Shown here: positions 46,501-55,918 of the stretch, in pieces | How positions within the stretch are numbered: position 1 is the stretch's first letter | Layout of the letters: every line of letters begins with the position of its first letter | The notes under the pieces: generated by a model | Database searches by the model: none | The model's input: the letters and a program-made list of their open reading frames with translations, nothing else | What the model was told of the DNA's origin: nothing | Program-made: the position numbers and the translations under genes | NCBI GenBank assembly: GCA_015493475.1 | Contig: WGDC01000083.1 | Span: forward strand, 13,856-77,855 | Length of the DNA: 64,000 bases | Source of the DNA: Deltaproteobacteria bacterium | GTDB taxonomy: Bacteria; Desulfobacterota; Dissulfuribacteria; Dissulfuribacterales; QOAL01 | Direction of reading: 5' to 3'

Positions 46501-48140
46501 CCGGTGGGGGCTTTTTCTTGCTCAACGAGGAGACACGGCCTGTCGCCGAGGATTACCCTTGTTGTGAAGTGTTCAGCTTCCCTTTCCCTGTCTATCGCCG
46601 GGTTAGTGACAACCGCCACGTTTTCCTTGAAAAATTCAGATGCATTCGGCAGGGCCTCCGGCATAAGGGCCGCCAAGGGGCCTGTATGCCCCATGGAGCC
46701 AATAATGTCTATGCCTTCAAGGGCAATCCTTTTTCTCATGTCCATGTCGTACTTTTGCCAGCCAAAGGCACCGAGCAGGTTGATCTCCCTGATGAACCCC
46801 GCATGGGCCTTTCCAGTATTGCCCCCAAGTTTTTCCATGATGGCGAAATCCCCGGGTCTTACGGAGTCGGCGCGCACAAGGCCGTGGAGGAGCTCCATCT
46901 TCGTACCCCTCTGGAGCATGAGCTCCTTGATTCTCTCCTGGAAGGCCGTGTGCCTGTAAACCTTGGCCTTTTGCCCGAGACAAGCCTCTATGGCGACCTT
47001 TTCGCCCGGGGCAAGAGGGATGGGATCAGTCATGGTGTTTTCTAAGTTTACTACTCCCTTCTCGGATGACAGGAAGTACTCATAGTCACTTTCACCGAAC
47101 CAGAGGGGTCTCAATCCTAAGGCGTCCACGCTTCCCATGCAAATGTTTGAATACCTTGCGACAACTGCGGCAGGCCCCTGGGCAGAGCTTGGGAAAAACC
47201 AGCGGTAGAAGTCGAAGACCCTTTGCAGGTCTTTTTCATAGTATTCGACCTCGCTGTGAATCGCCGGGAAGACCATCTCTATGGCCTCCATGGGGTCAAG
47301 CTGGTACATGTTTATAAGGCCCTCTATTATCCTGTTCAGATCCTGCGAGTCACTGCCTCCTGGTACAGGTTCTATGCCAAGTATACGGCCGGTGCTCCGG
47401 AGCCTTTCTATGGTGTTTATCTCGCCGTTGTGGCAGAGTATGGAGAAGGGTTGGGCCCTTTCCATGGTGGGGAGCGTGTTCGTAGAGTACCTGCTGTGGC
47501 CAAGGCTTATCATGGAGGTAAGGTCCCTGTCCATGAGTTCCGGGAAGACCCTGGGGAGAAGGTCTGGGGTGCCCCTGAGCTTGTAGACCACAGAATCAGG
47601 ACTCAGGGAGGCGATGTGTATCTCTGGTATCTCTTTTTCTATCTCCATCTGTACCATGAAAAGGCTTTTCTGGGCCTCTTGGATGGAGGCGAAGTCGAGC
47701 ATTCCAGCTATCTGCCAGAAAAGGGGCGCCTCGGCTAGGGCGCGTGGGCCAAGTTCCTCGTTCCTGGTGTTACCTTTTACCTCCAATAGTATCTTTATGG
47801 ATTCTTTTTCGAAAATCCCCCGGATCTTTTCCAGTACGCTTTTCTCATCCTTCACTATGGAACAGGGCAGTAGAAAATGGCCTACGAAAAAGTTCTTGCT
47901 GTCGGCAAGGTGCCTGCTCAGCCCGGCCTTTTCAAGGCGTTTCGCCCATACCTTTTTGGGGAGGTCGCAGAGGATTCCGCAACCATCACCTTCTCCGTCT
48001 ATGTCACCAGAGCGGTGCCCCATCTTTTGAAGGGCCTCTATGGTCTTAGCGATATTTGCATGGGTGCTCTTGCCTCTTTTATCCACGAAGGCGATAATGG
48101 CGCATGCGTCTTCTTCCCGATGGCTTTTATAGTTTTCCAT
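43578..48140 (-). CDS. gltB: Glutamate synthase large subunit
   Basis: 1520 aa. It has the N-terminal Ntn-amidotransferase 'EEDACAIIAF' and 'HSRYSTNT...HNGEINT'. It has the FMN/Fe-S domain 'SPSNQHDIYSIEDLAQ' and 'CISCHRCHLDRCP', and a C-terminal GXGXG-type domain. Confidence 0.9.
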   Translation of the reverse strand: MENYKSHREEDACAIIAFVDKRGKSTHANIAKTIEALQKMGHRSGDIDGEGDGCGILCDLPKKVWAKRLEKAGLSRHLADSKNFFVGHFLLPCSIVKDEKSVLEKIRGIFEKESIKILLEVKGNTRNEELGPRALAEAPLFWQIAGMLDFASIQEAQKSLFMVQMEIEKEIPEIHIASLSPDSVVYKLRGTPDLLPRVFPELMDRDLTSMISLGHSRYSTNTLPTMERAQPFSILCHNGEINTIERLRSTGRILGIEPVPGGSDSQDLNRIIEGLINMYQLDPMEAIEMVFPAIHSEVEYYEKDLQRVFDFYRWFFPSSAQGPAAVVARYSNICMGSVDALGLRPLWFGESDYEYFLSSEKGVVNLENTMTDPIPLAPGEKVAIEACLGQKAKVYRHTAFQERIKELMLQRGTKMELLHGLVRADSVRPGDFAIMEKLGGNTGKAHAGFIREINLLGAFGWQKYDMDMRKRIALEGIDIIGSMGHTGPLAALMPEALPNASEFFKENVAVVTNPAIDREREAEHFTTRVILGDRPCLLVEQEKAPTGLEILCPLLLDYQGLEKELGRVTVDHLARKHGSVVLEDILSHFSANGIDASRVKVLNCLFSPEEGLRNSLETMCSEAVDAVGNGAVILLLDDSGAFAGGESFMDPALCVACLNQKLEEKHLRRRCSIIVRSGAIRNLHDIMFLLGMGTDALNPYKLWQTVTSFSTEKVDAAQAISNTMDVFQKGMEKVMSTMGIHELCGYGRIFAGIGITREFEEIFKVPCFCKSEDVGLGYSLMETLAKKRIKRAMQEEEQPLYGDPNRNAKVGRIIRKTAEGKKGYIELSRGIAKVDEDMPVGIRHLLRPVLAEENKRITMDQVDISIGHHDMPIVIAAMSFGSQGENSFRSYAEAAKKVNIICMNGEGGEIPDMLGKYRKNRGQQIASGRFGVYMELLNSADYLEIKIGQGAKPGEGGHLPGQKVSEQVAKARHCKPGIPLISPSNQHDIYSIEDLAQIVTELKTANPDAKVSVKIPVTSGVGTIAVGIAKAGADIVNLSGFEGGTGAAREHAKRYVGLPIEVGVSEAHRALCESNLRDKVEVWADGGLRSGTDVVKMILLGANRVGMGTVALMGVGCISCHRCHLDRCPRGISTQLQTKEQAEERGVKGFSPRKVDIEAENLARLLRALGDEVRQVLADIGETNLQAMVGRTDLLEQYRFFDRLDTTGVLDRPDVSTIPQDVGQEKSIRLPLNYLTKLISDLIIGEFEDGKKVVRFKEQGIKSTDRAMATYLSGEIVRRYGITTDKKARLRLVSSAPGNGLCAFNIKAVDASIMGGAQDGTVKGSYGGVVGVFKGVNYLGNRVDGSTGKSFAYGAIKGTFLIQNMADSRACIRFSGADVVFGRRITEPVDDSRGNIAHKAFLKGFAFEYMTGGRAVVLGDPGPWMCAGMTGGIIYQCLYPEFNFDVSSIKRRLARGAIVKIEKLTKEGIRDIEELLGLYIEELRSTFQMEEAEAVEEIMKNAGERFIMVVPKGFRPKSAG

Positions 48141-48320
48141 AAGAAGCGAGGTCTCCTTATCTTGTGATTTTTGCGGTATTTAGCCTGTCCTGCAATTAAC
48201 TGCACGTGGCCCGGGCCAGGATGAATTTTTGTTCAGACAGCAAGGAAACATATACTTTTCGACAGGATATGCCAAGGGGCAATGGCCAACTATGTGTTTT
48301 TCTGTTCCATTAAAGGGCTT

Positions 48321-49076
48321 TTATTCTCCAAGGTAAGCCGCGACCACCTCCGGGTTTTCCTGTATATCTTTCGGTGCGCCATGGGCCAGGAGTTTCCCGT
48401 AGTTCAGGACGAGGACCTTGTCGGATATCTCCATTACAAGGCTCATGTTGTGTTCCACGAGAAGCACGGTTATGCCAGAGTCGCGAATCTGTCTTATGAG
48501 GCCACACAACTCGGTTGTCTCCGTATCGTTGAGCCCGGCGGCAGGTTCGTCCATGAGAAGGAGCCTTGGCTTCGAGGCAAGGGACCTCGCTACCTCGAGC
48601 TTCTTCAAAAGACCGTATGGAAGCCCTGCGGCGGGTTTGTGTGAAAATTCAGAAAGCCCGCAGAATTCCAGGGCCTTTTCCGCCATGCGCCTGACCTCCT
48701 TTTCTTCCCGAATCACGGAAGGTAACCTTATGGCAGAGGCCATGAGGCCGGATTTTGAGCGAAGATGGCATCCCACCATCACGTTCTCAATGGCGCTCAT
48801 GTTAAGAAAGACCTGGAGGTTCTGGAATGTCCTGCTGATTCCAAGCCGTGCTATACGGTAGGGAGGCATTCTTGTTATCTCCCGGCCATTATAAAAAATG
48901 GAACCCGAGGTTGGCGGATATATATTCGTTAGCAGGTTGAAGAGGGTGGTCTTGCCGGCACCGTTTGGCCCGATGATGGAAAAGATGATGTTCTCCGGCA
49001 CTGAAAAACTGAGATCAGAAATGGCCTTTAGGCCCCCGAACTTTTTTCCAAGGTTTTTCACATCAAGAAGAGCCAT
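48321..49076 (-). CDS. livG: Branched-chain amino acid ABC transporter ATP-binding protein
   Basis: Walker A 'GPNGAGKTT', signature 'LPYGLLKKLEVARSL' and Walker B 'LLLMDEPAAG'. Confidence 0.85.
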   Translation of the reverse strand: MALLDVKNLGKKFGGLKAISDLSFSVPENIIFSIIGPNGAGKTTLFNLLTNIYPPTSGSIFYNGREITRMPPYRIARLGISRTFQNLQVFLNMSAIENVMVGCHLRSKSGLMASAIRLPSVIREEKEVRRMAEKALEFCGLSEFSHKPAAGLPYGLLKKLEVARSLASKPRLLLMDEPAAGLNDTETTELCGLIRQIRDSGITVLLVEHNMSLVMEISDKVLVLNYGKLLAHGAPKDIQENPEVVAAYLGE

Positions 49077-50029
49077 CAGGATTCACCAAGCCTCCTTGAC
49101 AAAAGCATGGTAGCCTTGTTTCTGAGGGCCACGAAGAGTCCTTCCGGGAGAAAGATCATTATGACAATCAGAATCGCGCCAAAGATAAGCACCTCGAAGT
49201 CCTCAAACACGATTAGCACCTCTGGAAGTATAGAAAGGAGGAAGGCGCCTATGACAGCTCCGAAGGTGGAGCCTAGCCCTCCAAGGACCACCATGGTGAC
49301 AAGCTCTATGGAAAAAAAGAAGCTGAATGATTCGGGGCTTACGAAGTTCTGCTGGTGAGCGAAGAGGCTTCCTGCCACGGACGCCATGAGGGCGGAAAAG
49401 ACGAAGATATGGGATTTTACCTTTGAGGTGTTTATGCCCATGGTCTCGGCGGCGATATCGCTTCCATGGATTGCCGAAAGGGCCCTGCCAGCCCGGGAAT
49501 CAGCAATGTTCAGGGAGAATAGAACGCTGAGTAGCATGTACGAACACAGTACCCAGTACCATTTCATGTCGGAGTCTATGGGAACTCCGAAGAGGGACAG
49601 GGTCGGCAGACCCGATATCCCGTCTGGCCCACCGGTAAGCTGGTCAGCCTGGACAAAGAAAATGTGAACAATGATTCCAAGGCCAAGTGTGGCCATGGCG
49701 AGGTAATGACCCTTGAGTCGCAGAATGGGCCTTGCGAGAACGTATGATAGTACAAGTACAAACAGTGCCCCTGCGGCCATAGCTGCCCAGGGATTTACCC
49801 CGTACTTTATGGTAAGGATCGCGGAAGAATAGGCGCCAAGGCCGAAGAATGCTGCATGGCCAAGGGATATCTGGCCCGCGTAACCCATGAGCAGGTTCAG
49901 GCTCACTGCAAGGATGATGTTAACGAAAATAGTGAGTCCCACCACTGTAACGTAGTAGTTATCCGGGAAAATGAAGGGCGTGGCGATACAGGCCAATGCG
50001 AAAAGGACGAATCCAGAAAGCCTCTTCAT
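49076..50029 (-). CDS. livM: Branched-chain amino acid ABC transporter permease
   Basis: 'GYAGQISLGHAAFFGLGAY' is LivM-type. The ends overlap livH and livG. Confidence 0.85.
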   Translation of the reverse strand: MKRLSGFVLFALACIATPFIFPDNYYVTVVGLTIFVNIILAVSLNLLMGYAGQISLGHAAFFGLGAYSSAILTIKYGVNPWAAMAAGALFVLVLSYVLARPILRLKGHYLAMATLGLGIIVHIFFVQADQLTGGPDGISGLPTLSLFGVPIDSDMKWYWVLCSYMLLSVLFSLNIADSRAGRALSAIHGSDIAAETMGINTSKVKSHIFVFSALMASVAGSLFAHQQNFVSPESFSFFFSIELVTMVVLGGLGSTFGAVIGAFLLSILPEVLIVFEDFEVLIFGAILIVIMIFLPEGLFVALRNKATMLLSRRLGES

Positions 50030-50898
50030 ACCCTTTCCGCCTCTTCTTTCCCTAGGATTCCGCTCGGCTTAACGAAAAGTACTATCAGAATTACGAAGAA
50101 GGCGATGGCATCCTTGTAACCTGACGATATGAATCCCGCTCCAACAGTTTCTATGATTCCAAGCAGTAACCCGCCCAGGACGGCTCCCATGGAGTTTCCC
50201 ATGCCACCAAGTATGGCTGCGCAGAATCCCTTGAGTCCAAGCATCACCCCGGAACCGTAGGACATGAAGGTTATGGGGGTTACAAGTAGCCCGGCGGCGG
50301 CGCCGAGGGCAGCCGAGAGTCCGTAGGATACAAGGAGCATTCTTTTAACGTTTATACCCACAAGGTAGGCGGCCTTTTTGTTGAACGAGCACGCTAGTAT
50401 GGCCTTGCCCATCCTCGTGCGATCAAAGAAGTATTTTACGGCGAGGACGGCTACTGCGGTTCCGAGCATTACCCAAAGATTTTGTGGCAGTATGGTGGCG
50501 TTGCCTATCCTGATGGGGTTGTTGGATGTAAAGGGAGGGAGCCCGTATATCTCCTTGCCCCATATCAAGAGGGCGGCTCCACGCAGGAATATGGAGGCTC
50601 CAATGGTGATTATTATGGTGGTTACCACGGTAGCGTTCTTTGCAGGTTCTATGGCGAATTTTTCCAGGGCGAGTCCCACTGCCGCAGTAAGGGCTATGGA
50701 TAGGAAAGCAGCCACGGGATAGGAAAGGCCTGCTTTCAGCATGAAAATGGCGCTCATGGCGCCGATCATAACGAATTCGCCCTGTGCGAAGTTCACCACG
50801 TCTGACGCGTTGTATATTATGGAGAAACCAAGGGCCACAAGGGCGTAAATGGATCCCACTGTCAGCCCGCTTATGAGAAACTGTAGTAACTGGTCCAT
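50026..50898 (-). CDS. livH: Branched-chain amino acid ABC transporter permease
   Basis: 'LISGLTVGSIYALVALGFSIIYNASDVVNFAQGEF' is LivH-type. Confidence 0.85.
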   Translation of the reverse strand: MDQLLQFLISGLTVGSIYALVALGFSIIYNASDVVNFAQGEFVMIGAMSAIFMLKAGLSYPVAAFLSIALTAAVGLALEKFAIEPAKNATVVTTIIITIGASIFLRGAALLIWGKEIYGLPPFTSNNPIRIGNATILPQNLWVMLGTAVAVLAVKYFFDRTRMGKAILACSFNKKAAYLVGINVKRMLLVSYGLSAALGAAAGLLVTPITFMSYGSGVMLGLKGFCAAILGGMGNSMGAVLGGLLLGIIETVGAGFISSGYKDAIAFFVILIVLFVKPSGILGKEEAERV

Positions 50899-51090
50899 TT
50901 TATCGGCCCCTCTATGGTCATAAAGATTGCATAGTGATTTTTCTTAAAAACAAATGTCTTTTCCGAAAGCAAGGCGCAAGAGGCCGCAAAAGGCGGAAGG
51001 CCACGGCCACGTGGGAGGTTGTCCGCAACACGTACACCGCTACTGAGCAACAAAATTGTCCTTCAATGGCATCATAACACAACACAAGGG

Positions 51091-51129
51091 CAAAAATTAC
51101 CCCCGTCCAGATGCCTGAAACGGGGGTAA
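51091..51129 (-). terminator. Intra-operon intrinsic terminator between livK and livH
   Basis: The minus strand reads UUACCCCCGU-loop(13)-ACGGGGGUAA followed by UUUUUG, immediately after the livK stop. Confidence 0.75.
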
Positions 51130-51150
51130 TGTCTTGTTATTTCAGCCTCT

Positions 51151-52311
51151 TTAATAGAGCAGTTTCCAATTGCCGTTTTGTATTTCGATCATCTTGAAGG
51201 CGCTAAGGTTCAGGCCGAGGTGGTCCGTTGGGCTCATGTTAAAAATGCCTCCTGTACCCACAAACCCGTGCGTTTTTTCTATTTCGTCCCTTATCTTGGC
51301 CCTGTCTATGGAGCCCGCCCTCTTTACCGCGTCAACTGTTATGAAAAGGGCATCGTAGGCATGGCCTCCAAAGGTGGAAACCGGGCCGTATTTTGCCTCG
51401 AACTTCTTTTTGTAGGCAAGCAGAACCTTTTTCTGGGGATCGTTGGCGGGAAGCTGGTCTGCAACTATCAGGGCGGCGGCAGGGAGCCTGATCCCATTTG
51501 CTGCTGCTCCTGCAAGCTCAATGAATTTCTTGGAGGCTACTCCGTGGGATTCATAAACTGGAAGTTTTATCCCAAGTTGCTTGATATTCTTCGCAACGAT
51601 GGCAGGGGCCTTTCCGAAGCCGAAATTGAGGATGGCTTGGGCGTCAGTCGCCCTTATCTTGGTAAGTTGGGTCGTCATATCCGTATCGGCGTTGTCATAC
51701 TGCTCATCCGCAACGATCTTGATTCCGTATTTGGGGGCCATGGCGAGGCACTGGGCGCGTCCCGACTTGTCGAAACCGCCGTTTCCGGTGATGAGGGCGA
51801 CCTTCTTTATGCCGCGTTTCTTCATGTCCGTAAATATCTTTTCCGCAGCCATCTTGTCGGTATGTGGTGTCTTGAAGACCCATTTCTTAACTGGTTCTAC
51901 TATCTTGATGGAACCGGCTAAGGATATGAAAGGAACCTTCGCCCTCTGGACCAAGTCTATAACGGCAAGGCTGTTGCCCGATGTGGTGCCGCCGATGATT
52001 ATATCCACCTTGTCTTTCTTGATGAGGCGGTTGACAAAGTTCTTGGCCTCCTTGGCCTTGCCCTTGGTGTCGTAGTGAACAAACTCGATCTTGTGACCGT
52101 TTATTCCGCCCTTGGCGTTTATTTCCGCAATATACATCTTTAGGGTCTTGAGTTCCGGATCACCGAGAAAGGACGCCGGACCAGTGACGGCCAATATGGA
52201 TCCTATTTTTAGTGGCTTGGCTTTAGCCTTAGCCTGGGCCATGGTGGTTCCAGTAAGGAATATCATTGAAAAAACGGACAGTAAGGTGATGATGTTTTTA
52301 AAGAAACGCAT
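51151..52311 (-). CDS. livK: LIV-type periplasmic amino-acid-binding protein
   Basis: The ATG at 52311 follows GGGAGGAG. It has a signal peptide 'LLSVFSMIFLTGTTMAQA' and a type-I PBP pattern 'IGSILAVTGPASFLG'. Confidence 0.8.
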   Translation of the reverse strand: MRFFKNIITLLSVFSMIFLTGTTMAQAKAKAKPLKIGSILAVTGPASFLGDPELKTLKMYIAEINAKGGINGHKIEFVHYDTKGKAKEAKNFVNRLIKKDKVDIIIGGTTSGNSLAVIDLVQRAKVPFISLAGSIKIVEPVKKWVFKTPHTDKMAAEKIFTDMKKRGIKKVALITGNGGFDKSGRAQCLAMAPKYGIKIVADEQYDNADTDMTTQLTKIRATDAQAILNFGFGKAPAIVAKNIKQLGIKLPVYESHGVASKKFIELAGAAANGIRLPAAALIVADQLPANDPQKKVLLAYKKKFEAKYGPVSTFGGHAYDALFITVDAVKRAGSIDRAKIRDEIEKTHGFVGTGGIFNMSPTDHLGLNLSAFKMIEIQNGNWKLLY

Positions 52312-52498
52312 TTTGCTCCTCCCTCTAAAGATTTTATAACGTTGACTAATACACAAAAAGAGAGCATTTATCAACGCAAAAACCGATTGTGGAGGTTGTT
52401 ATGAAGGAATATGACCGCTTTTTTGTCCGGACTGGTTATGAAAGACAGAAAATGATAGTGTGTTTACAAATTATATAGAATGTAAGGGCTGCAAGTTC

Positions 52499-53233
52499 AT
52501 GCTTCACATAAAGAATCTAAACGCCAGTTATGGTCCTATTCAAGTCCTGAAGAACTGTTCCATTCACGTGGACCAGGGAGAGATCGTTTCCATAATCGGG
52601 GCCAACGGCGCAGGAAAGACCACGCTGCTTTTGTCGGTATCGGGCCTAATCGGTTCCCTGTCCGGCGAGGTCAGCTTCGAGGGCAGTTCCATAATGGGCC
52701 TGTCTCCTGACAGGATAGTTGGTCTTGGCATTGCCCACTGCCCTGAGGGCAGGCAGCTCTTCAGCCCTCTTTCCGTTTACGAGAACCTCCTGCTCGGTGC
52801 CTATGCCAGGAAAAAGGTGGACCAAAAGACCTTAGAACAAGAACTGGAGCAGATATTTGAGCTCTTTCCCAGGCTCAAGGAGCGCATGGGCCAGACGGCA
52901 GGCACCCTCAGCGGCGGCGAGCAACAGATGCTGGCCATTGGGAGAGCCCTCATGGCAAGCCCGAGGCTCCTCCTTCTTGACGAGCCTTCTCTCGGGCTTG
53001 CACCGCAGCTTGTGGAAACCATCATCAGGACTATCGTGGATCTCAATTCGAGGGGCATGACGGTCCTGCTCGTGGAACAGAATGCCAGGAAGGCGCTGGA
53101 GATATCGCACAGGGCCTATATTCTTGAAACGGGCAGGATAATTTTACAGGGGAGGGCCTCCGATCTTGCTGAAGACAGCGAAATAAGGCGGGCATACCTC
53201 GGTAAGGATTACAAGGAGCTATCAGAAAGGTGA
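52499..53233 (+). CDS. livF: Branched-chain amino acid ABC transporter ATP-binding protein
   Basis: 'GANGAGKTT', 'LSGGEQQMLAIGRAL' and 'LLLLDEPSLGLAP'. It is divergent from livK. Confidence 0.85.
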   Translation: MLHIKNLNASYGPIQVLKNCSIHVDQGEIVSIIGANGAGKTTLLLSVSGLIGSLSGEVSFEGSSIMGLSPDRIVGLGIAHCPEGRQLFSPLSVYENLLLGAYARKKVDQKTLEQELEQIFELFPRLKERMGQTAGTLSGGEQQMLAIGRALMASPRLLLLDEPSLGLAPQLVETIIRTIVDLNSRGMTVLLVEQNARKALEISHRAYILETGRIILQGRASDLAEDSEIRRAYLGKDYKELSER

Positions 53234-53241
53234 GCAAAGAC

Positions 53242-54549
53242 ATGGAACATGACAGGGTGGAATATCTTTCTCCCGAGGCGTGGAGCCAGTGGCACACGGA
53301 ACTCCTGCAGTCCACGGTTAACAGGGCATACGGCAGGGTACCTTTTTACAGGAGAAGGCTTGATGAGACCGGGGTGGGCCCGGACGATATCAGGTCGGCG
53401 GAAGACATCCGCAAGCTCCCATTTACAAGCAGGGAAGATATAGCGGAAAACTATCCCTACGGGCTCTTTTCAGTGCCGTTGAGGGACATAGTTCGTATCC
53501 ATACCCTGCGAAGCGGCCAGGCGAACCCCATTGCCCTTGGATACACGAGGCAGGACCTCAGAAGGCGCACAGAACTTACTGCGAGGTTTTTCCGATCGGC
53601 AGGCGTCGGCAAGGACGACATTGTACAGATATGCCTTGACCCCGGGATGTCACTTCACGGGCAGGATTTAAAGGAGGGGGCCGAATTGCTCGGTGCCCTG
53701 GTCATCCCTCCTGATCCCGTTTCCATCTGGAGCAGGATACGGGTAATGGTGGATTTTAAGACCACTGTCCTTGTCACAACTCCCTCTTACGGCCTTTACC
53801 TTCTTGAGACGTTCAGTGAAGGGAACATGCCCCTTGCCTCACTCAACCTCAAGCGGATGGTCCTGCTTGGAGAGACCCTTGACGACCAGATCAGGGGCAC
53901 CTTTGAAGGAAAGCTTGACGTTGATACAAGGGCTGCCTACGGGCTTTTCGAGGCATCGGGCCCTGCCATGGCTTACGAATGCAGGGAGAAGAACGGTCTT
54001 CACCTCGCCATTGACCATGTGATTCCAGAGATTATAGATCCTGATACCGGCAAGGTTCTTGAGCCAGGGCGGGAGGGCGAACTGGTTATCACCACGGTCA
54101 CGGCCAGGGCGAATCCCTTGCTGCGTTTTCGTACCGGGGACCTGACGCGCCTCCATAAGGACACATGTTTATGTGGGCGTACAACCTGGCGCATGAGCCC
54201 TGTAAGCGGCAGGTGTGACAACATTGTAACAGTAAGGGGTGTGAAGATATCCCCAGATCACGTTAGAAACCTTATTGCGGAGTCAACGGGAGGTAAGGGC
54301 CTGTCGTTTCTTATCGTCCTTGGCAAGAACAGGCATCTGACCGAGGTAGAGATAATAGTTGCCGTTGATGCCTCCTTCTTTAGCGGGAGTCTTCCTCAAC
54401 TTCATAATTGGATAAGGGACACCGAGGACCTTTTTCTTGAGTCCCTGGGACTCAGGTGCAGGATAAAACCAGTAGAGTACAGGTCTATTGCGCCCTTTCT
54501 GGAATCTGGCGAGTTGATAACAGACAGAGAGTGGTTTTTCTCGGAATGA
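53242..54549 (+). CDS. paaK: Phenylacetate-CoA ligase family adenylate-forming enzyme
   Basis: 'LQSTVNRAYGRVPFYRRRLDETGV', 'LPFTSREDI', 'YGLFEASGP' and 'RFRTGDLT' are PaaK/F390-synthetase-like sequence. Confidence 0.75.
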   Translation: MEHDRVEYLSPEAWSQWHTELLQSTVNRAYGRVPFYRRRLDETGVGPDDIRSAEDIRKLPFTSREDIAENYPYGLFSVPLRDIVRIHTLRSGQANPIALGYTRQDLRRRTELTARFFRSAGVGKDDIVQICLDPGMSLHGQDLKEGAELLGALVIPPDPVSIWSRIRVMVDFKTTVLVTTPSYGLYLLETFSEGNMPLASLNLKRMVLLGETLDDQIRGTFEGKLDVDTRAAYGLFEASGPAMAYECREKNGLHLAIDHVIPEIIDPDTGKVLEPGREGELVITTVTARANPLLRFRTGDLTRLHKDTCLCGRTTWRMSPVSGRCDNIVTVRGVKISPDHVRNLIAESTGGKGLSFLIVLGKNRHLTEVEIIVAVDASFFSGSLPQLHNWIRDTEDLFLESLGLRCRIKPVEYRSIAPFLESGELITDREWFFSE

Positions 54550-54756
54550 AAATCGTGTCACTTTGTTTAAGAGTTTTGGACTTGTCCATGACTTATGAAA
54601 CGAAGCCGTTTTTGGCCATGACAGGTAGCCTTAACAGGGCGCGTTGACAGAAGAAAAGCGTTAGCGTCTTCCATGAACGTAAACGCAAAGACATGTAAAA
54701 GAGACGTTTTTCAGAAGCGTCTCTGTAGAAATAACGCCGGGTTGAGGGTATTTGGG

Positions 54757-54780
54757 AAGGTGCCTCGGCCGAGGCACCTT
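54757..54780. terminator. Perfect 24-nt palindromic hairpin downstream of csp
   Basis: AAGGTGCCTCGG/CCGAGGCACCTT is a 12-bp perfect stem with no loop spacer beyond the centre. There is no strong T-tract. Confidence 0.45.
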
Positions 54781-54793
54781 TAGTGCAATCTTG

Positions 54794-54994
54794 TTAAATT
54801 TTTTCGACGTTTACTGCCTGAGGACCTCTGCTGGTTTCCTCGATGTCAAAGGTTACCGCCTCTCCCTCCTTGAGAGACTTGAATCCGTCTGCCTTGATAC
54901 CCGAATAGTGTACGAAGACATCGGATTGGCCTTCGATTTCGATGAAACCATAACCCTTTTTGTCATTGAACCATTTTACCTTTCCTTCTGCCAT
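54794..54994 (-). CDS. cspA: Cold-shock protein (CspA family)
   Basis: '[15 protein letters not shown]' (RNP1) and 'DVFVHYS' (RNP2); 66 aa. Confidence 0.95.
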   Translation of the reverse strand: MAEGKVKWFNDKKGYGFIEIEGQSDVFVHYSGIKADGFKSLKEGEAVTFDIEETSRGPQAVNVEKI

Positions 54995-55332
54995 TTAGAG
55001 TAGTGCTCCTTTCGAAAAACTTAAAGATTTCCAAAGAAAGAACTGATCCCTCTAGGAATGGAAATACAAAATTCCCGCCCTCCAGTTGTGAATCGAGTCA
55101 TCTTTGGTTGGCCTATTCATTTTATCTTAGCTTTTACGAATAATAAAGTGTTATTTAGCATAAAATGAAAATTTTCATAATTTTGTGACCGGCACCACTG
55201 GAAAATCCTTGAGAAGCGGGATGCGAATGGTTAAATCATTTGTTTGAAGGGTGGGAGCGGATTTATCGTTGTTGGGCCATGGACGCCTGGTTAGGAAAGA
55301 GAATTTTTACAGCTCAAGGAGGTACAGTTACA

Positions 55333-55836
55333 ATGCCTATATACGAATTTTACTGCCCTGACTGTCATATGATATTCAATTTTTTTTCACGGACGATCGA
55401 CGTGGGAAAGAGGCCTTCATGTCCGAGGTGTGGCAGGGAAGGACTTGAGAAAAAGATGTCTATTTTTTCCATTTCCCGGAACAGGAGCGAGCCTGATGAC
55501 GAAAACCTTCTTGAAGGCATAGACGAGTCAAGACTTGAAAAGGCCATGATGTCCCTGGCATCAGAGGCGGAAAGCATGGACGAGGATGACCCGAGGCAGG
55601 CGGCAAGATTCATGAGAAAGCTGTTTGACTCGGCTGGCCTGGAGGTGGGAGGGTCCATAGAAGAAGCCATAAGCCGAATGGAGGCGGGGGAGGATCCTGA
55701 AAAGATCGAAGAAGAGATGGGGGATATGCTTGACGGAGATGATATTTTCAAGGATATCGGGACGAAAAAGACCATCAGGGGTCTTAAAAGAAAATACCTG
55801 CCGCCCGCTGTGGATGAAACCCTCTACGAGCTTTAG
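55333..55836 (+). CDS. FmdB-family zinc-ribbon protein with acidic C-terminal tail
   Basis: 'MPIYEFYCPDCHMIF...CPRCG' is the FmdB/CxxC_CxxC_SSSS N-terminus. AAGGAGG lies upstream of the ATG at 55333. Confidence 0.7.
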   Translation: MPIYEFYCPDCHMIFNFFSRTIDVGKRPSCPRCGREGLEKKMSIFSISRNRSEPDDENLLEGIDESRLEKAMMSLASEAESMDEDDPRQAARFMRKLFDSAGLEVGGSIEEAISRMEAGEDPEKIEEEMGDMLDGDDIFKDIGTKKTIRGLKRKYLPPAVDETLYEL

Positions 55837-55918
55837 ACTTGTCCCTTAAACACCATCTATAGGCGTTCTCAGCCCACGCCTTTATGTTTGATGCGGGTGA
55901 TGGTTCTGGCGCGCTTTC

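Noticed and set aside
48200-48225. A sigma54-like element on the minus strand upstream of gltB (cGTGCAgttaaTTGCAgg).
   Set aside because: The -24 element reads GT instead of the invariant GG, so only the -12 TTGCA matches.
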